In this document: positions 48,826 to 57,163 of the stretch, piece by piece
Layout of the letters: each line of letters begins with the position of its first letter
Position numbering within the stretch: position 1 is the stretch's first letter
Assembly (NCBI GenBank): GCA_900088475.1
Contig: FLMG01003880.1
Coordinates: 1 to 57,163 of the forward strand
Direction of reading: 5' to 3'
DNA: 57,163 nucleotides
Source: Hyphochytrium catenoides
Taxonomy: Eukaryota; Protista; Hyphochytriomycota
Position numbers and translations under genes: made by a program
The notes under the pieces: model-generated
The model's input: only the letters and a program-made list of their open reading frames with translations
Databases searched by the model: none
What the model was told of the DNA's origin: nothing

Positions 48826-51580
48826 TTCTCTTCGTGTTATTTAACCCTCATTTCTAGGTGGTTGATGGCACGGTAGATGGAGCTTTACAGAGGGAGAGAT
48901 ATTTGGTTTACTGTCTCTTTCCCGCCTTCTCCTACAAAGGAAGAAACTGCATCACCGGCTTCTTTCTTTCTCTCTCTTTCTCTCCCTTTCCCTTTCTCAC
49001 ATATTTTGGCGCCTTTCTCACTTTCGGATCTCTCTTCACCGCAAATGATGTCTTTTCCTTGTTTATCTCTCTCTCTGTCTCGGCGATGTGAGACTGTGCC
49101 TTTTATGACCCTCCAATGTTTTCTCTCTCTTTCCCTGTTGTTCGGAGGCTACATTCACCTTTCCACCGCACCTCAATCGCCATGGAGTCTCTCTATCAGT
49201 TCTCTGTCTTGTTTCAACCTGTCATTCCCTAGTTATATAACCCTTTCCTAGGTCCCAGAGCCATGCCTCAATGGAGATCTGTCTCTGCCATAGTCACTCT
49301 GTCTTGCTCCTGGTCACTCTTGTTCCCCACAAGCGCTTTGTGTTCAGCAAGCAAGGTAAGCTAGCTAGTCTGGCTGAATATTTTCTGAAACTCTATGTCC
49401 ATAGATAATATTAGGGATGAACACGTGCCGCAGAGCCGCTTTGGGTTCAGTAAGGGGAGCAAGGAAATTCAATTGAAACCTTGAAGGTTTCCATGTTGAA
49501 GCTTACATGGGATAGATTGACTGTGAAAGATAATCTTGAATGTGAAACATTCCCGGGCGGTAGGATAGGAGCCAAGAAGCAGTGGGAGCAGTTGCCCGAA
49601 ACTGGCCCCAAATGGAATTGACATGGATATTACTGTTACGTTATCCCTTGCTGAGGTAGCGTCTCTAGGGGTAGTGCATATTACTACGCCAGGTTCTGTG
49701 TACCCCGTATGACACTATGGCAAGAGGACCAGAGTAACTGTCTGGTGACTCTGTTTCTCAAGGCTTCCCATCTCGGGTGGCTCCTGAAATACCTAAACCT
49801 TCCATCTGTCTCTACAGACACCTAAATAATAACCCGTTTTCCTGCCATGACTGCCATATCTCAACTAGCCTCTGTCTCAGGATCACATGCACTCTGTCTC
49901 CTCGCTCCTCCTAACTCGTCAGCTGTGCTTCCTTCATCTATTGATGTATCTTCCTTCTCTTTCTTGACAGACCAAGTGTCAGGGGCCGCCCTCAACAAGA
50001 AATGCACGTATTTCTCCGACCCGCGGCCCTCCCTTCTAGTGGCGCTCAGGCACTCAAGGCCCAGTCATGTCCAAACAATGAACAGCGTCTTGACACTTCG
50101 CCTTCCCCAATAATGTTACAAAGCGTTGCATTATTATCATCATCAACCATACTGTAGGTTGAGGAGTGTTGAATGGGGCTCAGCTTTGAGACCTTCTGGT
50201 TTCTTTTTGGTCGCTGCTTAGCAATGGGTTCAGCATCCTTTCTTGGCGCTATCCTTTGGCCATCTCGCCATCTCGCAATGTTGGGTGGTATGCCCCGGCA
50301 CAGCCCTAAGAGCTGTACTTCTTATTCATAGTCCTAGTATGCTTTTGCAACAGAACTCGACTACTTGTAGGATCCAGATGGAGTAGCTGTCCCTCAAACT
50401 GGCCATCTTTCTCCGCCTTCAAGGCAGAGAACGTCAGTCTTGACAGTCCCCTGTCGGATAGAAACGGATCTTCCCATCTTCTCTCAATTGATTATCTTAG
50501 TGTTCTCAGTGTTGATACTTCTAACATTCATGACTTCATGACTGTATCTGCCCTTCCTTGACGAATAAATTAGGTCAGCCTTCACGCCCTATATCTATAT
50601 TCCTTTACTGGGAGTACATAAGCTATCCGAAGAAAGACAGTGGCTTCTATCAGAAATGTAATATCTTAGGAGCTGGATGATTTTTGAAGTTTTAGTGCAG
50701 ATACTACTTGAGGAACAACGAAGAAGAGCATAACGGCCAGCAGCAGCGATGGATAGACTGACGGCAATGAAGATGAGAAGAAGATGATGATCGCTATCAG
50801 CTTGATGGTTAGTCCACGCACCACGCACCACACAATGAGACGGGATAGTTGCTGGGTACCTCATTCAGAGAGTCGTCCCGTCCAGTTCTCTGCTTTGGCA
50901 ACACTACTACCGGGAACTTCAATCGTCGGTCTATTAGCGCCGGCATGGGAGGAGGACGACATAATTTGTCTCTGTCGCCATCTGACTCCATCCTCCTTCC
51001 ATTTCCTCCGTTACATGTTTATCAGAACCTTTATTGCAGCAGTCTTATCCTTGCGCCTTCCTGCCCTCAGGTAGCTGTACGTTTCTTCTTGCCAACTGAA
51101 CCCTTCTCTACTAGTGAAGAAAGTTCCTCCTTGATGAGAGAGGTATCCCCTTCTCTGCAATGAATCCTCCTATTATGAGCGCCAACCCACACCGTCTTCC
51201 AAAGCGTGGCCATACATCATCCTTCCACTGCTGAAGTTCACGAGGCGTTACTGCAGAGCTTCTGGCCTCAAGTCATGATGCAAAGCATTGGAGTCGTCAA
51301 GGAAGGCATCATCTCATCCTCACCGGTCACGATAAAAGTATCAGGAGTTGTTTAGGAAGACAGAGACTGTCGGGAAGGCAGCGACCATCATTGTCGTTCA
51401 AAGACTCTTTGGTTGGAGTCATTTTCCTTATATTACAGCTACTGCCAGTATCACCACCGAGGTACAAAAGCTCGCTCTATTGTTACCTGCTGGTGGGGTG
51501 GGAAGCATATAAAGCAGTTCGCTGGCAAAGCCGCCGCGGCATGCACGGCCGCAACCGTTAAGTACGTTGTCAAAAGCATT

Positions 51581-52417
51581 TTAAAGACTTCCTCCTGCTG
51601 GTTCTCTTATCATGCAAAACAGATCATGAGGTCCCACCTTGACCACCTCGACCACCTTAAACCCGTAGTGTTCATAGATTGGGACATTTCGTTGTTTGGA
51701 AGATTCCAACCAGCAGGGCACGTTTTCAGCATCAGCTCTTGCAGCAAGCTCTCTGAGCAATGGTCCTGCAAACCCTTTGCCTTGTTCTTCCGGTTTTACT
51801 CTAACAAGCAGCATGTGCGGCAGTATTATGAGTCTGTTGCCATGTCTGGCTCCATTGACGTCCAACGCAATAGTCATAGTGCTTACCCAATGACCATGAG
51901 ATCGTAATGCCTGCGGGAACCCAGATGTTTCTTCCTCTTCTTATCGACCATCATTGAGTACCATAGAATTCTCCAGGAACTTCTGATGCCACTGGCAAGC
52001 ATACAACGGAGGATGCCAGCTCGAGCCCACTGTGAGTCGCTAGGCTCCATTCCAGGAGGTAGCCACATGCAGGCAGCCGGCACGGGGCTTGTTGCGTTGG
52101 TGGCCGAGGTAGCGTGGGTCCCACCGAAGCTAACTCCCAGGTTGGCGGTGGCAAGAAACAGTAGAAAGCGAGCACGATCCTTTTTCCCACGCTTGTCAGA
52201 CACAAACTCCAAAAAGCTAGGAGAAAGAGGGTTAGTTGGCTATTTGGTTAGGGTCATCCCTGAACCTCACATACTAGCTAGTGACTGGATCATCGATAAA
52301 GGCAGCAGCCAGGGTCTTTGCCGCCAGGTGGGTCTCATCCTTAGATAGAGCTACACATGTCTTGACGAGACTTGTTGCACTACTAACTGAGCTTATTTGT
52401 AGCTCCTCCGCCGTCAT
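51581..52417 (-). CDS. GNAT-family N-acetyltransferase (3 exons)
   Basis: LAAAFIDDPV|...AACMWLPPG...HYDLMVIG|VKPEEQGKGFAGPLL...CWLESSKQRNVPIYEHYGF. It carries the acetyl-CoA motif QGKG and GT-AG introns. Confidence 0.88.
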
Positions 52418-53369
52418 ACTGGGTAACCAACAATCAGACGGGTCTGTGTGTGCGTTTGCTCTTCTGCTGCTGACGTTTACGGGCAAGCTACTTTTTCTGT
52501 CAAGCAACTTTCGTGCTACTACTACTAATGCATAATGGCGTTCGGATAGCTAGCGGGGCAATACGAAGGACCTCGAATTATGACATGGAAACTATTCTCA
52601 TAAGATTGAACGACGACAATAGCGTCTGCAGCTTTCTACCAGTGAGTGGAGGTCTTGATTCAAAGTTAAATAGCCAACACGAAGCTACGTATCCTCATTC
52701 TCCTATCACAATGCCCACTACAATGAACTCTGACCACCTGCTGCAGCAGCCTGTGTTCCCTTATAAGACCTCGGTCTTTGTTCTGCGCTCTATCTCCCTG
52801 TGAGACACAAAGTTGCGGGGGTCGGTGATAGAGTGGAAGGTGGCCAATTGTATGGGATCTGGGCACAGCACAGAGGGAAAAAACGAGGAAGCTTCTGCAC
52901 TCATCCACAGTCTCGTACAGACGATAATAAGAATGCCAAGGAAGAGCTCACGTCGGCATCTCGACCGCTCCGCCAGGCCCCATCAACACACAAGCAACCA
53001 ATCAGAACGTGACATTTAACGAGGTTTTATGAGTTTTTAAAAGTTTTTCACCACGGTTCTAAATAGATCTTACAAAAACGCCCGAAAAAGGAAACGGTCT
53101 CCAGGATAATGGCTAAGTATTACCCCGTTCAGTCTTACAAATTCACCGGTGTGCCGAACGCTAATATGTTTAATGGGACCCATAGATGTCCATCCTCCTG
53201 AGAGCTTGGAAGCTCACGTTGACAGAGCTCAAGAAAAGCTCATTCATCATCCATTGTAACTTCTTCCGCAGCAACCCCAGACGCAGGCTTGGGACCCTTT
53301 GAGTCCGGAGGGCCGCTGCTAGCGATACAGAGATGTGACTCGGTTCTGCGAGGGCAGGGTTGTGGCAGA

Positions 53370-54401
53370 ATGGGCCTGGTGACGGAAGGACGCTCAGTAA
53401 CTAGTGAGAGTGCAGAAGGGTCGAATGAACATAGAGAAATCTATCATGAGCGGCAGTCACTCCAGTTCTGCGCCATCCATGCTATCAATAACTTCTTGCA
53501 AGGTGGGCAGAGCATGCCCTGAATGTATGTTGGTTGTCGAATAACGTGCTTCTGCAGATCCATCTATGACTGTCAACAAGGAGGAGATGGACAGGATCGT
53601 GGCTTCCTTTGGTAGACCGTGCATCCTCACTAAACCTAAGGTTTACTTGCTCCTCATCTGCCATTATTCCTTTTTTAACTAGAGAAAGAAGCTGCTGCGC
53701 CGTCCTTCTCCCTACTTGGAAGTATCTTTGGGCCGCATCGCTCTATTCTTGGAAATTATGACGCCAATGTCCTTATTGCAGCGCTGCAAGTGCGAGGTAT
53801 GAGGCAGCTGTTTCCATTCCACGGTCCTCTCTATCGTACTAGCCCTAAATCTGCTCTTGTGAATAGGATATGAGGTCACCTGGTTTGATAGGCGGAAGCC
53901 TGTGTCCTCGATTGACTTCTTGAGTGTCTCTGGGTTCATATGCAACGTGCTGCAGAAGAAGTGGACGTCTTGGTTGTATGACTCCCATCACTGGTTTGCC
54001 ATACGCAAGGTCAGCTGGCTCTACTAGTTGTTTAGTGTTGCTTGTGAAGAGGAAGTGGGCCACAGAGACAGACTACTGTCGCGCGGAAGATCGGATAAGT
54101 GACATTACTGCCTCGGCCTAACTCGCTCCCACCTCCGTTGTCTGCAATCTTAGATCGGCTCAAACTTCTACTGCCTTGACTCCTACCTGCCAAGACCTGA
54201 GGTATGGGCACACGAACCCCGTTACACTTTATGTGGATAACATGAGATCTCAAAGCTCTCTAACATCAAACTTGCACCACGCAGCTGCTGTGCTCCGCCC
54301 TCTCAAGCTCGCCGAAGGAACTGTTGGACTTTTTAGAGCATATCACACTGCGAAGACAAGGCCATATCTTAGTCATCAAGAAGAGAGGTCAGGACCTATA
54401 A
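53370..54401 (+). CDS. Josephin-domain deubiquitinase (JOSD-like), multi-exon
   Basis: IYHERQSLQFCAIHAINNFLQ (catalytic Cys), GNYDANVLIAALQ, WFDRRK, HHWFAIRK (His) and FYCLDSYLPRPE (Asp). The last exon ends with TAA at 54399-54401. Confidence 0.9.
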
Positions 54402-55452
54402 GAACGACAGAGGGAGCTAAAGAAAGGCGATAAAGGCTAGTGGGGTGCCTAGTTGGGCCCGTCATCCCACGCTGCTCAGCCATGACGAAGAATGAGGCAA
54501 TTGGAAGTGGGAGACGTAGCAATGCAGGGCCCACGCCAGGAGGAGGGGGCCATAGGAGTTCAAAGCACTCTCGTTCGCCGTCTTTAATTAGAGGGTGGTT
54601 ATGGAGCCAACCCGACCGCCTCAGGATCTTACTCTTCATTGACGGCGCTCCCTTTTGGCATGTCGTGCCTTCGGGCTCCCTCTCTCTCTGCAAGATGTGT
54701 ACCAACCGTACAATAGGAGTGCATGATCCTGCCAGGTGCCGCAAGGATTCTGCAGGTCTCCCCATAGGATGCAGGATAATTGCATTGCAACCTTTGTTGA
54801 GACCATCGAGTTAGCAGTTGAGCGCCTTGACGCATAGTGAAAGCGTTATATCGAGCTCTAAACCTAAGTAGCTCAGCCAAGAATCCCACGTTCTTCGACG
54901 TGTGTGCCGTTGCTGGTCTCCTTTCCGAAGCCGGCGCCAGCGAGGGCTCATCAGATGAATCATCCGCTTACCAAATAATGCGCAGCACATAGATAACCAT
55001 AATCATGTTGAGAAATAGATTATGTCAATCGTCAGCTTTCTTCCACCTCACATCCCCATGTCCTCCTCTGAAACTCAACAACACGGTGTCCTTTCGCTCC
55101 TGACATCGATCGCCAGAAGAAGCTCCTCCGCCGCTGCCCACTACTGTTCTAAACTCGTTCACCAACAACCTTGTAGAGGCTCTCATCTTCAGATCTTCAG
55201 TCCTGCAGCTGTACTTGCCATCACGATGATCCCGAGTTGAATCCTAGCGGTTAGCAGCTGTACTTGCCATCCATCCAAGCTTCAACTCTGGGATCATCGG
55301 TGTGGCTTCCTCCCTCGACGACGCCATCAACAAGCGAAAGTCGCGCTATTCATCAGTGTTTGCTTGGTGAGATCGTCAAAGCCTGTATAACGGACAGCTG
55401 CAGAGAGTCCTCTGCCTAGTATAGCTGACGCTTTAGCTACCAGGGAGCCACC

Positions 55453-56924
55453 ATGTCCTCTTCTAGTAGTGTAGCCGCCCTTGGGAAGTGGGCACAGCTG
55501 GTAGCTGAGTCTCTAGGAAGCACTTGGAAGCAGGCATCACAACGAGGAAAGGAAAGGGCGCTGTCAGCTCTGAGTGCCTCATTGTCTGAGGAGGATAAGA
55601 AGCGTTTCTTCTATGCGCCGTCTTCCATCACGCCTGGTAAATTGAACTTCCGCCGCCACTGCATTGCTGCTGCAGCCTTACTAATTCCTTGGACTCCTCA
55701 GCATTGGAAGGAAGGAAAGAACTAGGACCTGAGGCGGTAACGACCCCCGAGCCAGCCGTGGCTATAGTGAATGAGAAACAGCTAGAGAAGAGCCATCATC
55801 CAGTCTATGGCGAGCTCCTGGCTGACCTAGGCTATAAGAAACTCTTCGCAGCGTCCCCAGAAAAGGTATCTGATCGCTCACTGCTCCCAATCTGGGAAAA
55901 GGTAAGACAACTACGACATTCTTCATAAGCTCTCCCGAGCTCACTGTCTGTCAACAGCAACGTGTGTTTCGTGAGGACAGGTCTCAGAAGATAGCAGCAG
56001 ACAAACGAGACAATCCGCGCTTCGGCTTCCCCGGGGTAATATCCTCTATCCCTCTTCATTTAAACATGGCACTTCATCGAAACGCTCAATGTTTGCCAAT
56101 TATTCTCCCTCTTACTTCTACTTTCTAGGTCATTAGTGTCTTTGAGGTGAAGGGTGAGGCCGGAGCTCTACAGAGTGGACAGGAGAAGGGGATTATCGAC
56201 GGACAACACCGTGCTGAAGCAATCAAGATCCTGTCACAAAGCAGTTCCTTGTCGCCGTCTGAAAGAATCCTTGTCGAGGTCTTTCCCGTCGATAGAGAGG
56301 ATGAAGTTTCACGGCTGTTCTTAGAGATCAACAAAGCCGAGCCCGTCAAGCTGGTAAGTCAAACATGTGTCGGAGGCGTGGTGTAAGGACTCTGTTCTAA
56401 CCTCTTTGACCGTAAGATCGACCTTCCAGATGCTGCGCCAGCATCTGAGAAGCTGATTATTGACCAAGCCGTCGCTATGATGGAGGCCGCATTTCCTGGG
56501 ATGTTCAAGTCCTCTTCCCGCTGCAGGTATGGGCAAATAAATGGAGCTTAAAACCTCTTCGCGATGGCTCCTGACAGAACCTCCCTGCCGTTTCCAGACG
56601 ACCCAGTGTCCATGCAGACACTTTACGAGATGAACTGTTCCGCTCGGAAGTGGTCAGTCGCATGGATATGAAGACTGCTGACGAGCTTTATCAATGGCTG
56701 CAGAAAAAGAACAGTGAGCTGTCGAGATACTCGGACGACGAATGGGTCAAGGCGTAAGTGCTCTCTACTCTTTCTGTCGTACTTCTTCATTTACTTATAT
56801 GCATGCCGCCTTCCTCAGCATTGGGAGCGACACCAAAAAGGCGACGAAGGCATCTTTGGTGAAGAAAGCCCGTCAGAGCAACTTCTTCTTAGGAATGACG
56901 ATGTCCTGGCTTCATGAAAGCTAA
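55453..56924 (+). CDS. Spliced DGQHR-motif protein (ParB/Srx/DndB superfamily-like)
   Basis: Exons join through GT-AG introns to give HPVYGELLADLGYKKLF...LPIWEK|QRVFREDRSQKIA...GFPG|VISVFE...GIIDGQHR...VEVFPV...LFLEINKAEPVKL|IDLP...FPGMFKSSSRCR|RPSVHADTLRDELF...ARQSNFFLGMTMSWLHES*. Confidence 0.75.
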
Positions 56925-57163
56925 CTCCCGATGTAACCTTAACAATATGGTCCGATGATTGAACTAGTACGTTGACTTAATTCGCTCATTGCGCTTTTGG
57001 CCAGCTTCTTGAATGGCAGATCAGCTAACTCTTCGGTAGCTAGCCCTGTCGCCATGTAGACGTAATGTACAATAGGGTCACGTGGTTGGATCTTAGCATG
57101 CAATCTCCTTTTGCTGCGTTGGGAGGAGGTTAAAGCGCTTCTTCAGTGTAATGCGCTGTCTTG

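Noticed and set aside
49250-51400. Intergenic region with weak coding-like patches on the minus strand
   Set aside because: Frequent stops and no recognisable motif.

Overview
This is a eukaryotic, intron-rich nuclear window, most likely from a stramenopile. That placement is an inference from the LRRGKW...CDPMRxxKK protein family and the PH-domain MAPK. Short GT-AG introns and abundant (CT)n microsatellites split most genes across several ORF-track entries, so exon structures were rebuilt by eye and gene ends are approximate. In order, the window holds: a putative transcription regulator; an ankyrin-repeat protein; two decayed, inverted copies of a CRE-clade non-LTR retrotransposon; a SAM methyltransferase; a multi-RPEL protein; CENP-C; an FSIP1-like coiled-coil protein; an intronless orphan with a heptad-repeat expansion; a VWA protein; a PH-domain MAPK; an unknown protein; a chromatin reader (two PZP modules, a degenerate bromodomain and a CXXC); a PP2C; a GNAT; a Josephin deubiquitinase; and a spliced DGQHR (ParB/DndB-superfamily) protein. 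The best leads are the DGQHR gene, the chromatin-reader architecture, the retroelement-derived long inverted repeat, and the orphan ORF with its structured AT-rich upstream region. I saw no tRNA, rRNA or CRISPR array, and no clear multi-gene novel system.
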